The notes beneath the pieces were generated by a model. That model had not been told where the DNA came from. It searched no databases and saw only the letters and a list, made by a program, of their open reading frames with translations. A stretch of DNA of 62,933 nt, counting the filler. It is 4 parts of 4 records of this genome, joined end to end, with 100 filler letters (N's around TTAATTAATTAA, not from the genome) between each part and the next. Parts side by side here need not be neighbours in the genome. Positions count along the whole stretch, not along the records: positions 1 to 27,739 come from SRR31147125_10566; 3 more parts are not named here. The stretch is one strand, 5' to 3'. Made by a program: the position numbers and the translations under genes. This document shows, one piece after another, positions 10,781 to 20,621 of the stretch (position 1 is the first letter of the stretch; each line of letters starts with the position of its first letter).

Positions 10781-12075
10781 TTGCTAAGACAAAATATATT
10801 CCTGATGGAAAAAGTGAACTAAAAGCATTACCGATAGAACACTATTTGGATGCTGAGTATTTATATTACCCAGTAACTAGTGCACGTTGTCCCGAAGGAG
10901 AAACTTGTGTACGTGGTGGACAATTTATTAAAGTAGGAGAAATCATTGGTACACGTAAAAGTTCATATTTTGAACAACCGATTCACTCAACAGTGAGTGG
11001 TGAAGTTGTTGGTTACGAGAAACATGTCGATCAAAGTGGAAAACTTGTTGACTGTTTAATCGTTCGTAATGATAAAAAATATGAATTACATGAAGACATT
11101 TCTGATCGAAGAGATGCTGAGATTGATGCTTTATCAAAAGAAGAGTTTATTGAAATTTTTAAAGAAGCAGGACTTGTTGGATTAGGAGGTAGTGCTTTTC
11201 CGACATATATTAAATTCCAAACAGAAGAAACTATAGATGTTGTTTTTGCAAATGGTGTTGAATGTGAACCTTATTTAATTAGTGATTATAACATTATGAT
11301 TAATGAACCTGAAAAAGTTGTTCAAGGTTTAATTTATGCGATGAAAGCATCTAAAGCAAAAAAAGGATTAATTGCTATTAAAAAGAAATACACAGAAATT
11401 AAAGAACGTTTTGATTTTTGTTTAAAACAATTTAGTGATTATGATATTGAAGTTGTTGAAGTAGGCAACCATTATCCACAAGGATGGGAACTTGATATGA
11501 TTAAGCATGCCACTGGTATGAAAATCCCTCAAGGAGAACTTCTTTCTAAGTATGGGGTGTTAAACTTTAATGTTTCAACTTTAGTGAGTGTATTTGAAGC
11601 TGTTAAACATAGATTACCAGTGATGGAGAGATTGTTTTCAATTAGTGGCGATGGTGTACATAATAAGAGTTTTAGAGCACGCATTGGTACACTTGTATCT
11701 GATTTAGTTGAAATTGCAGGTGGGTATAAAGATTTAGATAAAGATAAGATTCTTATTTTAGGTGGCCCTATGATGGGAACTAATGTGACAAGAGATGATG
11801 TTGTCATGACACATACAACAACATCAATGATTGTGAATAATGCTGAAGTGTTTACTGAAGAACCATGTATACAGTGTGCATCATGTGTTTATTCATGCCC
11901 TGTAGAGATTCAACCAACTCAAATTATGAATGCATATAAATCAAGAGATAAAGATGCTATTAATACGTTGAATGTTAATAAATGTATCGAATGTGGATTA
12001 TGTTCTTATGTATGTCCTTCTAAGATTCATTTAACAGAATATATGCGCCTAGCGAAGCGCTTTGCTAATAAGTAG
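10777..12075 (+). CDS. rnfC: Rnf complex subunit C
   Basis: [26 protein letters not shown] and two CxxCxxCxxxCP clusters. ATGA overlap with glyA. Confidence 0.93.
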   Translation: MIAKTKYIPDGKSELKALPIEHYLDAEYLYYPVTSARCPEGETCVRGGQFIKVGEIIGTRKSSYFEQPIHSTVSGEVVGYEKHVDQSGKLVDCLIVRNDKKYELHEDISDRRDAEIDALSKEEFIEIFKEAGLVGLGGSAFPTYIKFQTEETIDVVFANGVECEPYLISDYNIMINEPEKVVQGLIYAMKASKAKKGLIAIKKKYTEIKERFDFCLKQFSDYDIEVVEVGNHYPQGWELDMIKHATGMKIPQGELLSKYGVLNFNVSTLVSVFEAVKHRLPVMERLFSISGDGVHNKSFRARIGTLVSDLVEIAGGYKDLDKDKILILGGPMMGTNVTRDDVVMTHTTTSMIVNNAEVFTEEPCIQCASCVYSCPVEIQPTQIMNAYKSRDKDAINTLNVNKCIECGLCSYVCPSKIHLTEYMRLAKRFANK

Positions 12076-12084
12076 GAGGAAGAA

Positions 12085-13164
12085 ATGGAATTTGTAAAAC
12101 AAACAAGCCCTTATATTCGCAAAGAAAGTGCTAGCACTAAACGCATGATGATTGATGTGTTAATTGCATTACTACCAGTTGTAGTATTTGCAATTTACAG
12201 ATTCGGTACGGATGCAATTATTCGTATTGTTGTCAGTTTAATCATTATGATTGGTTTAGAAGCTGTCGCTTTTGCGATGATGCAACGAGCTAAGGGAAAT
12301 AATTTTAAGGAAAGAATTAAATCGAGATTTCAAAAGTATACGATTAACAATGTAACTGCACCGGCGGTAAGTGCCATTATTTATGCGATGATCGTACCGT
12401 CACAATTACCTTTATATGCGGTCATTGTAGGGGCAATTTTCGCCATTGTTGTTGTTAAAATGATGTTTGGTGGTCTTGGTAGTAATATTTTCAATGTTGC
12501 TGCTGCAGGACGTATCTTTATATCTATCGCACTAACAGGTATGTTTGTAGGTACTTATGTTGGTGTTGATGCAGTTGCTGGGGCAACAGCTTTAACAGCA
12601 TCTGGGTCAATGGGTTTCCCTAATGTCTTATATAGTTATCCACTAAAAGACTTATTGTTTGGTTTAGTACCGGGAACAATGGGTGAAGTTAATGCGATTG
12701 CTATTTTGATAGGACTTGTATATTTACTGATTAGAAAATCTGCTGATTTTAGAATTGTTTTATCAACAGGATTAACTTTTGTTGTGTTGATGGCAATTGT
12801 TGGTTTAATCAGATATGAAGATGATTGGTTCATATTTGTTTTATACCAATTATTATCTGGTGGATTGTTATTTGGGCTTACATTTATGGTTACTGACCCA
12901 GTAACAGCACCAGTGACTGGACCTGGTCGATTAATTTATGGCTTGATCATTGGTTCAGTGATTGTATTTATTAGAATATTTGGCTCATATGCTGAAGGTG
13001 TTGCTTTTGCACTATTATTTGCAAATGTATTTGCACCATTAATTGATTATCCTTCATGGTCATCAAATAAATATTCTAAGAAATTTATTATTGGATTTAG
13101 TATTGCTTCACTACTCATTATAGGAACAGTCGTTACTGCTCTTTTAGTAGGAGGTGCTGCATAA
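12085..13164 (+). CDS. rnfD: Rnf complex subunit D
   Basis: FGGLGSNIFN, DAVAGATAL flavinylation site and MVTDPVT; polytopic membrane protein. Confidence 0.93.
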   Translation: MEFVKQTSPYIRKESASTKRMMIDVLIALLPVVVFAIYRFGTDAIIRIVVSLIIMIGLEAVAFAMMQRAKGNNFKERIKSRFQKYTINNVTAPAVSAIIYAMIVPSQLPLYAVIVGAIFAIVVVKMMFGGLGSNIFNVAAAGRIFISIALTGMFVGTYVGVDAVAGATALTASGSMGFPNVLYSYPLKDLLFGLVPGTMGEVNAIAILIGLVYLLIRKSADFRIVLSTGLTFVVLMAIVGLIRYEDDWFIFVLYQLLSGGLLFGLTFMVTDPVTAPVTGPGRLIYGLIIGSVIVFIRIFGSYAEGVAFALLFANVFAPLIDYPSWSSNKYSKKFIIGFSIASLLIIGTVVTALLVGGAA

Positions 13165-14135
13165 TGAAAAAATTATTTGAAAAATATCCAATGCTTCACT
13201 ATACAGTGGTCTTAACGACAATTGCTATCGTGATGGGTTTATTCATTGGTGGTATCAATGCTTGGACAGACCCAATTATTGAAGAAAATGCATTAGCTGC
13301 TAAAAATGCTGCATATCGTGAAGTTTTACCAGAGTTAGAGTATTCAGAAGATTTATTATCTGAAGATGATCCATCAACAATAGATGATAAAGTTGCAGCT
13401 TATGATGCAAATGACGAACTCATCGGATTTATATTTAATGCAAATAAAACAAATGGATATGGTGAAATGACAGTGGTTGTTGCAATCGCAGCAGATGGTG
13501 AAATTATAGGCGCACAATTCTTAGTATTAAACCAAACACTTTATTTAGATCGTACAAGAAGTAATCTTGCATTATATGTTGGAACGAACATCACAGATTT
13601 AACACCAAACGGTGATTTACAAGGTGGTGCCACATATAGTAGAACAACAATGATAGAACTACTTACTGATATTGCGGTATCTTTTGAAGCAAGTGCTGGC
13701 GATATTGTCGTTGATCCAATTGAGCGTTTATTTGGTGCGGGTGCAATTTCAGAAGCAGATGCAACATTTAGTGCAACCGAAGACGTTTTATCAAAAAACG
13801 TTGTTAAAGATGCTAATAGTGATGTTGTTGGTTACGTCTACACAGTAGAAGGCGAAGACACATATATTGATGGTGAATCTGATCTTGGTACTATCCAAGT
13901 TGTTGTAACACTTGATACAGAAAATAATATTTTAGACATAGAATTACCATCAAGTGCTTATACACAAAGCAAAGGTACAAGATATGCTTCAGTTGTTGAA
14001 TATGCGGAATCGTTAATTAACACAAACCTTTCTGCCTACAGCAGTGATGCTGATTTAACATCAGGTGCAACAAACTCTAAGACACTTGTAAGAGAACTGT
14101 TGGTTGCATTGAAAGGAGTCGTGATTCCGTCATGA
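13164..14135 (+). CDS. rnfG: RnfG-like protein with two FMN-binding domains
   Basis: N-terminal TM helix, then two acidic domains ending in DLQGGATYS and DLTSGATNS. Occupies the rnfG position. Confidence 0.8.
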   Translation: MKKLFEKYPMLHYTVVLTTIAIVMGLFIGGINAWTDPIIEENALAAKNAAYREVLPELEYSEDLLSEDDPSTIDDKVAAYDANDELIGFIFNANKTNGYGEMTVVVAIAADGEIIGAQFLVLNQTLYLDRTRSNLALYVGTNITDLTPNGDLQGGATYSRTTMIELLTDIAVSFEASAGDIVVDPIERLFGAGAISEADATFSATEDVLSKNVVKDANSDVVGYVYTVEGEDTYIDGESDLGTIQVVVTLDTENNILDIELPSSAYTQSKGTRYASVVEYAESLINTNLSAYSSDADLTSGATNSKTLVRELLVALKGVVIPS

Positions 14136-15088
14136 AAAAACAAACACTTTATTTAATTATTGCTGCAGCAGTGATGCTTGTTATAAGTATTGTCTTAAGT
14201 ATTACGATTAATAGTGCAGTTTTACAAGAACCTAAAGATTTATTATTTGATCAAGAAATAGAATTAAAAAATCAAGTGAATATCGAAGATCCATCAGGCT
14301 CAAGTTATGCTATTATTGATTATAAAGAATATGGTACAGATGCTGATGGTAAAACTGTTGGTATGGTTTATACAGTCAAAATCAAAAATGGATTTTCTGA
14401 CTCAAGAACTGATCTTGAGTATGGGTACATTGAGTTGTTAGTTGGATTTATGGATAATAAAATGTATGTTGAAATTGTATCACTTGAACAAACACAAACA
14501 TATGTTGCAAAAATTCAAGCATATATTTATGAAAATTATCAAGGTGTATCCTATGAAGAAGTACAAGGCGTTAGAACATTTAATGCCGCACCAGATGCAG
14601 ATATTGAATCAGGTGCATCAGCAACGACGAGTACAAATGCTATAAAAGATTTACTAGTAAGAACTTTCCAAGAAGAATTAGGCATTGTATTAGATCCTTA
14701 TTTAGATATTTTCGGTGATGATTATGCATTTGTTACAGATGATGATTTTGTTGGAGATGCAGTAGTTACTGAAAAACAAGATGTATTAGATGCTAGTGAT
14801 GCAGTGGTTGCGACTAGATATTTAGCAACTGGTACAAACGAACATGGTGATGTGACAGTTGCAGTTACTATTGATGATCAAGGTGAGATTTTATATGCTG
14901 AATATACTTTACTTGATCAAACTGCAGGTCAAGATACATCGAAAGCAAATATAAAACTATATATAGGTTCAAACCTTTCTGATTTACAAGCAAGTGGTGA
15001 CATCACAGGTGGTGCAACACATACTTATGACACAACGATGACATTGCTTGAAAGTATTGCAGATATGTGGGAAGGAGCACAAGACTAA
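14132..15088 (+). CDS. Second RnfG-like protein with two FMN-binding domains
   Basis: N-terminal TM helix; motifs DIESGASATTS and DITGGATHT. Its C-terminal domain aligns by eye with domain 1 of the preceding ORF. Confidence 0.7.
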   Translation: MKKQTLYLIIAAAVMLVISIVLSITINSAVLQEPKDLLFDQEIELKNQVNIEDPSGSSYAIIDYKEYGTDADGKTVGMVYTVKIKNGFSDSRTDLEYGYIELLVGFMDNKMYVEIVSLEQTQTYVAKIQAYIYENYQGVSYEEVQGVRTFNAAPDADIESGASATTSTNAIKDLLVRTFQEELGIVLDPYLDIFGDDYAFVTDDDFVGDAVVTEKQDVLDASDAVVATRYLATGTNEHGDVTVAVTIDDQGEILYAEYTLLDQTAGQDTSKANIKLYIGSNLSDLQASGDITGGATHTYDTTMTLLESIADMWEGAQD

Positions 15089-15894
15089 TGACTGAGAAAA
15101 AAGTAGTTAAAAAACCAGTAGCAAGAAAAGCTCCTGCTAAAAAGAAAGATGAAAATTCTTTATGGTCAGTATTTACAAAAGGTATTTGGAAAGAAAATAG
15201 TATCTTTATGATGGTATTAGGTATGTGTCCTGCACTTGCTGTGACAAATACTTTCGAAGCTGGATTAGGAATGGGTATCTTAGTATTTATTATTCTTACA
15301 TTAAGTAACGTGATTATTTCATTAATTAGAAAATTAGTACCAGATACAGTACGTATCCCTTCATATGTTATTGTTATTGCAACTGAAGTAACAGCAATGC
15401 AAATGTTAGTTGATGCTTTTGCACCTGACTTAGGTGAAACTTTGGGTGTTTACTTAGCATTGATTGTTGTTAACTGTATTATTTTAGGTCGTGCAGAATC
15501 ATTTGCATCTAAAAATAAAGTCCTCCCTTCTATGTTAGATGGTATGGGTGTTGCACTTGGGTTTACATTATCTCTTGTAATGATTGGTCTTGTTCGTGAA
15601 TTCTTTGGAACAGGTGTTATTAAATTAGGTTATATCTTACCATTAGGCTTTCAAGCAGATTTATTTGAATCACTTGGCTTAAGTACATATGGATTAGCGA
15701 TATTAACTGCACCTCCAGGTGGGTTCTTAGTGATTGGTATTATGCTAGGTATCATTACACATGGACAAAATAAGAAAAAAATAAAAGACGCTGAAAAAGC
15801 TAAAGCTGCTAGACTTGCAAAAGCTGCAGCAGCCAAAGCTAAAGCAGCAGCTGCAAAAGCAGCGGCGGCTAAAGCGAAAGGAGTTGAAGCATAA
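15088..15894 (+). CDS. rnfE: Rnf complex subunit E
   Basis: LGMCPALAVT, LIVVNCIILGRAE and PPGGF. ATG at 15088 overlaps the upstream TAA. Lys/Ala-rich termini. Confidence 0.93.
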   Translation: MTEKKVVKKPVARKAPAKKKDENSLWSVFTKGIWKENSIFMMVLGMCPALAVTNTFEAGLGMGILVFIILTLSNVIISLIRKLVPDTVRIPSYVIVIATEVTAMQMLVDAFAPDLGETLGVYLALIVVNCIILGRAESFASKNKVLPSMLDGMGVALGFTLSLVMIGLVREFFGTGVIKLGYILPLGFQADLFESLGLSTYGLAILTAPPGGFLVIGIMLGIITHGQNKKKIKDAEKAKAARLAKAAAAKAKAAAAKAAAAKAKGVEA

Positions 15895-16469
15895 TGGATA
15901 TATTAGCGATATTAATTTCTTCATTGCTTATCAATAATATTGTATTGATGCAATTCTTAGGCTTATGTTCATTCTTTGGTGTTTCAACAAAAATGAAATC
16001 AGTGATTGGTATGAGTTTAGCTGTTATCGTCGTGATTTTCTTATCAGCAGCAATTACATGGCCAATTTATCATTATGTATTAGATATACTAGGGATTACA
16101 TATATTAATACAATTGCATTTATTTTAATTATTGCAGCGTTAGTTCAATTAACTGAACTCGTTGTTAAAAAAGTTAGTAAAAGTTTATACAAAGCACTCG
16201 GTGTTTATTTACCATTAATTGCAACAAACTGTGCAGTTCTTGGTGTTGCGCTTACCAATGTATCTGATGCTTCTATTACTTACCCTGAAGCACTTGTTTA
16301 TGCACTTGGTTCAGCACTTGGATATGCATTAGTCATTATCGCATTTGCAGGTATTCGTATTAAACTTAATGCAGCAAACACACCTAAAGCATTAAAAGGT
16401 ATGCCAATTGCACTTATCACAGCAAGTCTTATGGCATTAGCATTTATGGGATTAGCGGGTATTATTTAA
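15894..16469 (+). CDS. rnfA: Rnf complex subunit A
   Basis: FLGLCSFFGVS and YLPLIATNCAVLG motifs. Confidence 0.93.
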   Translation: MDILAILISSLLINNIVLMQFLGLCSFFGVSTKMKSVIGMSLAVIVVIFLSAAITWPIYHYVLDILGITYINTIAFILIIAALVQLTELVVKKVSKSLYKALGVYLPLIATNCAVLGVALTNVSDASITYPEALVYALGSALGYALVIIAFAGIRIKLNAANTPKALKGMPIALITASLMALAFMGLAGII

Positions 16470-16696
16470 TGCCTCCAATCTTAATTGCTGTGATTGCTGT
16501 CATATTAATTGTCTTCTTATATGTAGGCACCATGCTTTTAAATGACAAAGCAGGTGTGCCTGAAGGCTGTGAACAAGCATATTTAGAAGCTCAAGAATGT
16601 GAATCATGTCATGTAGCAGGTACTGATTCATGTGGTTTAACAAAAGAACCCATGTTTCAAGATGCTTTAGAGTTTATGAAAGAGGTTAAGTTATAA
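16469..16696 (+). CDS. Small Cys-rich single-TM protein inside the rnf operon
   Basis: 75 aa with a TM helix then C34-x9-C44-x2-C47-x7-C55. TAATG overlaps at both ends. Confidence 0.8.
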   Translation: MPPILIAVIAVILIVFLYVGTMLLNDKAGVPEGCEQAYLEAQECESCHVAGTDSCGLTKEPMFQDALEFMKEVKL

Positions 16697-17025
16697 TGGA
16701 TACTATTATTCAAATATTAAAAGTTGTTTTAGTTTTAGGGTCTATTGGTATTGTATTAGGTATTGGGCTTTCTTTAGCCAATAAATACTTAATCGTAGAA
16801 GAAGATCCAAGAATTAATGAAGTTGAAAAATTACTTCCAAATTATAATTGTGGTGCTTGTGGAACACCTGGGTGCCATGCGTTTGCTGAAGGCATTATAG
16901 CTGGTGAAGTTAAAAATTTATCACGTTGTAAACCAGGGAAAGCAGATAAACACTACAATCCTATTTTAGAATATTTAAAAGATCATCCAAATAAGGATGG
17001 TTCTATGGTAAACGTTAAGATATAG
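16696..17025 (+). CDS. rnfB: Short RnfB (TM plus single FeS domain)
   Basis: LPNYNCGACGTPGC...CKPG, with no polyferredoxin domain. AGGACAT/ATGTCCT terminator hairpin follows. Confidence 0.85.
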   Translation: MDTIIQILKVVLVLGSIGIVLGIGLSLANKYLIVEEDPRINEVEKLLPNYNCGACGTPGCHAFAEGIIAGEVKNLSRCKPGKADKHYNPILEYLKDHPNKDGSMVNVKI

Positions 17026-17066
17026 GACATATTTTATGTCCTTTTCTTTACAACACATGAGGTGAA

Positions 17067-18152
17067 TTGATCGTGAAAAAAATACTAAGTATCATGGTGA
17101 TGACTATTTCTTTTGCCATACTGGCATCATGTAGCAAATCGTTAAAAACATATGGATTTAGTTTTTATGAATATATGGATACATTTATAAGTGTTAATTT
17201 TATGGCTTATGACGATAAAGAAAAAGATCAATATAAAGAAGATTTGAATGATCTTTTTTCAACATACCATGAATTAACAAATAATTACGAAGGCTTATCT
17301 GAGGACACAGCGTATCTTGAAAATATATACACCATCAATCAAAAGATAGGTCAAAAATTAGAAATTGATCAAGCACTTTATGAAATCATTGAAGATGCGC
17401 AAGCCATACAAGATTTAACCGATGGTTATTTTGATATCACAATTGGTAAAGCAGTTGATGTGTGGAAAGATTTGATTGAGTCATATTCAAATGCAGGGGT
17501 TATACCTGAATCTGAGTATTTAGCTGCTGTTGCTAGCGTTGAAGCGTTAGATGTATCAGAAAATCAAGTGATATTAAGTATAGAAAACGATAAGTACTAT
17601 ATAGAAACAAAAGGTGCCGATATTAAGTTAGATTTAGGTGCATATGCAAAAGGATATGTTGTTGATTTAGCTGCTAAATACCTAGAATCACAAGGTGTGA
17701 TTTATTTTTCAGTAAATGCAGGATCTAGTTCAATGTATGTCGGATTAAACGCAAATGAAGAAAGAGATTACTTCAATGTAGGGCTGACTTGTCCAACATG
17801 TTCTCAATCTGCAACGTATGGCTTAGTTAAATTTGTAGAAAATCAATCAGTGACAACAAGTGGTAATTACGAACAATTTGTTTTATATGATAATCTAAGA
17901 TATCATCATATCGTTTCACCGATAACACTGATGCCTATGCAATATAATCATAGTATGAGTCTTATCAGTGATGATGCAGGTTTGTTGGATGCACTTTCTA
18001 CTGCATTATTTTCTATGGATGATGAAACATTTAATCAATGGATGAGTGAACATCAAGATGAATTAGATATTAGTTATATTAAATATAGTTATGATGAAAC
18101 AGTAACAAGCAGCCTTTTAGGCGATTTAGAATTTGAGTTGGATGAATCATGA
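17067..18152 (+). CDS. apbE: FAD:protein FMN transferase (lipoprotein)
   Basis: LASC lipobox, FDITIG, LDLGAYAKGY, TSGNYE, YHHIVSP and DALSTALF. Confidence 0.93.
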   Translation: MIVKKILSIMVMTISFAILASCSKSLKTYGFSFYEYMDTFISVNFMAYDDKEKDQYKEDLNDLFSTYHELTNNYEGLSEDTAYLENIYTINQKIGQKLEIDQALYEIIEDAQAIQDLTDGYFDITIGKAVDVWKDLIESYSNAGVIPESEYLAAVASVEALDVSENQVILSIENDKYYIETKGADIKLDLGAYAKGYVVDLAAKYLESQGVIYFSVNAGSSSMYVGLNANEERDYFNVGLTCPTCSQSATYGLVKFVENQSVTTSGNYEQFVLYDNLRYHHIVSPITLMPMQYNHSMSLISDDAGLLDALSTALFSMDDETFNQWMSEHQDELDISYIKYSYDETVTSSLLGDLEFELDES

Positions 18153-18631
18153 AAAACAAAAAAATGATGCAAAAAAGAGATATGTATTTAATCGGTGGAT
18201 TGTTGATCCTTTTTGGTGCGTTATTTTTCTTATTTAATTATGTGTTATTTGCAGGTGATGCTGTTACTGCAAATATTTATTATGGTACAGGTGAACCACT
18301 TGTTACCGTTGATTTCACAAGCCAAGAAGTAATTAGACATCAAGATCAAGATGTTGAATCAGATATCTCGTACCCGCTTATTATTAATGATGAATCAGTT
18401 GAGTATATACAAGTTATTGTACTCGGTGATTATGAAATAGATGGTGTGAGACAAGAAGTGGTCATCGAAGTCGATTTCACACAAAATAGAGTGCGCGTGG
18501 TTTCTGAAGAGAGCCCATTAAATGTTTGTAGTAAGCAAGGATGGTCAACAGCAGTGCCTCTTATTTGCTTGCCAAATCGTGTAAGAGTTGAATTTGATGC
18601 AGATCAATCTGAGATAGACTTTATTCAATAA
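18149..18631 (+). CDS. NusG domain II-containing membrane-anchored protein
   Basis: N-terminal TM helix and SPLNVCSKQGW...LICLPNRV motif; typical apbE neighbour. Confidence 0.75.
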   Translation: MKNKKMMQKRDMYLIGGLLILFGALFFLFNYVLFAGDAVTANIYYGTGEPLVTVDFTSQEVIRHQDQDVESDISYPLIINDESVEYIQVIVLGDYEIDGVRQEVVIEVDFTQNRVRVVSEESPLNVCSKQGWSTAVPLICLPNRVRVEFDADQSEIDFIQ

Positions 18632-18642
18632 ATGGGTGACAT

Positions 18643-19161
18643 ATGAAAAGAAGGCAAACACAAAAAATGGTCTTGCTTGCAAATTTGCTTGCTATTGCCA
18701 TTGTGCTAAATATAATTGAATCACTATATATCCGTATATCTCCAGTACCTGGAGCTAAAATTGGATTTGCTAATATTGTGACACTTATTGTCATTTATTT
18801 ATATGGTGTAAAAGAAGCAACTGTACTGACGGTTTTAAGGATACTATTAGTTTCTATATTAATAGGTACATTTTTAGGACCAACTTTCTACTTAGGTCTT
18901 GGTGGTGCAGTCGTATCTATCACAGTAATGATTATTTTAAGAAAACTTGACTATTTTAGCATCGTAACAGTCAGTGTTTTAGGTTCAATAGGCCATGCTT
19001 CAGGACAAATACTCATAGGTATTCCTGTTTTAGGATCATCTGCGATTATCTACTGGCTTCCTGTAATGTTACTCATTAGTGTGCCTGCAGGTATATTAAC
19101 AGGTGTGATTGCTGCTAAATTTTTATCTGTATGGCAAGCGACACACAATATTAAAAATTAA
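18643..19161 (+). CDS. Gx transporter / heptaprenyl-PP synthase component I family (ECF S-like)
   Basis: PVPGAKIGFANIVTL and SIGHASGQI motifs; hydrophobic. Confidence 0.8.
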   Translation: MKRRQTQKMVLLANLLAIAIVLNIIESLYIRISPVPGAKIGFANIVTLIVIYLYGVKEATVLTVLRILLVSILIGTFLGPTFYLGLGGAVVSITVMIILRKLDYFSIVTVSVLGSIGHASGQILIGIPVLGSSAIIYWLPVMLLISVPAGILTGVIAAKFLSVWQATHNIKN

Positions 19162-19270
19162 AATGATAAAATTTATTCTTTAACACTTGTTATTATGATT
19201 TTGTAATGATATAATGTTATCGCGAAAACTTACTATGACATATAAGGTCATGGCGGAAGGAGAACATATT

Positions 19271-19540
19271 ATGAAAAAAGGAATTCATCCTGAAACGCGT
19301 TTAGTGATTTTTGAAGATGCTCAATCAAAAAGACAATTCTTAATTGAATCTACAATTAAAACTAGCGATGAAGGTGTGTATGAAGCTGACGGTAAAACTT
19401 ATCCAAAATTAAGTGTCGAAGTTACATCAGATACACATCCATTCTACACAGGACAACAAACATTTATTCAAGCTGCTGGACGTGTTGAAAAATTCAACAG
19501 ACGTTACGGTATCAATCAAAACAAAAAAGAAAACGAATAA
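19271..19540 (+). CDS. rpmE: 50S ribosomal protein L31 type B (Zn-independent)
   Basis: [16 protein letters not shown] and [11 protein letters not shown]; no Cys. Confidence 0.95.
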   Translation: MKKGIHPETRLVIFEDAQSKRQFLIESTIKTSDEGVYEADGKTYPKLSVEVTSDTHPFYTGQQTFIQAAGRVEKFNRRYGINQNKKENE

Positions 19541-19595
19541 CGTGATGATGTATCACGTTTTTTGTTAAAATGCTATAAAAAGGGGATTATGATTT

Positions 19596-20621
19596 ATGTA
19601 TCATACGTATAAGAATGGCTTCATTGAAGTTGTTTGCGGACCAATGTTTGCAGGTAAAACGGAAGAATTAATCAGACGTATAAAAAGACTTGAATATGCG
19701 AAACAAAATGTATTAGTTTTTAAACCAACAATTGATAATCGATATGCTAAAGAAGAAATTGTATCTCATAATTTAAGTAAAAAGCCATCCATCATTATTG
19801 ATAAAAGCGTCGAAGTCATGACATACATACATGATGATACTGATGCAGTTGTGATTGACGAAGTTCAATTTTTCGATCATGATATAGTTGCAATTGCTGA
19901 AAAACTCGCCGATCAAGGTATACGTGTGATTGTTGGTGGGCTTGATAGAGATTTTAGAGGTGAACCATTTGGTCCTATGCCTGAATTGCTCGCAAGAGCA
20001 GAATTTGTCACTAAGCTTACAGCGATTTGTGTAAAAAGCGGATTACCAGCAACAAGAACTCAACGTATCATTAATGGCAAACCAGCAAATTATAGTGACC
20101 CAACCATATTAGTGGGAGCTGATGAATCTTATGAACCAAGATCAAGACACTATCACGAAGTCCCAGGAAAACCAGAAAAATTTAATTTTATGCAAGAGGC
20201 ACTTAAAGAAGCACAACATGCTTTTGATAAAAATGAAGTGCCAGTTGGTGCTGTTGTTGTATACAATGATGAAATTATAGCGAGAGCCCATAATTTAAGA
20301 GAACAAAATCAACAGTTTCATAGTCATGCGGAGTTTCTTGCGATGATGGAAGCATCAAAAAAATTAAACACTTGGCGATTGGAAGATTGTGATGTTTATG
20401 TTACACTAGAACCGTGCCCAATGTGCGCAGGGGCTATGATACAATCTAGAATTAGAAAAGTCTATTATGCTGCAAGTGATCCTAAAGCTGGTGCAACCGA
20501 CAGTTTAGTAAATCTCTTTGACGTTAAATTTAATCATCATGTTGCATGCGAGGGCGGTATTTTAGCAGAAGAAAGTAAAAAACTATTAAAAACTTTCTTT
20601 AAAACTTTAAGAAACAAATGA
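19596..20621 (+). CDS. tdk-tadA: Thymidine kinase - tRNA adenosine(34) deaminase fusion
   Basis: N-half GPMFAGKT / IDEVQF; C-half FMQEAL, EVPVGA, HAE, LEPCPMC. One continuous frame. Confidence 0.88.
   Translation: MYHTYKNGFIEVVCGPMFAGKTEELIRRIKRLEYAKQNVLVFKPTIDNRYAKEEIVSHNLSKKPSIIIDKSVEVMTYIHDDTDAVVIDEVQFFDHDIVAIAEKLADQGIRVIVGGLDRDFRGEPFGPMPELLARAEFVTKLTAICVKSGLPATRTQRIINGKPANYSDPTILVGADESYEPRSRHYHEVPGKPEKFNFMQEALKEAQHAFDKNEVPVGAVVVYNDEIIARAHNLREQNQQFHSHAEFLAMMEASKKLNTWRLEDCDVYVTLEPCPMCAGAMIQSRIRKVYYAASDPKAGATDSLVNLFDVKFNHHVACEGGILAEESKKLLKTFFKTLRNK

Noticed and set aside
16598-16612. c-type heme motif CESCH in the Rnf microprotein
   Set aside because: No cytochrome c maturation genes in view, and two further Cys favour an FeS or metal site; likely coincidental.
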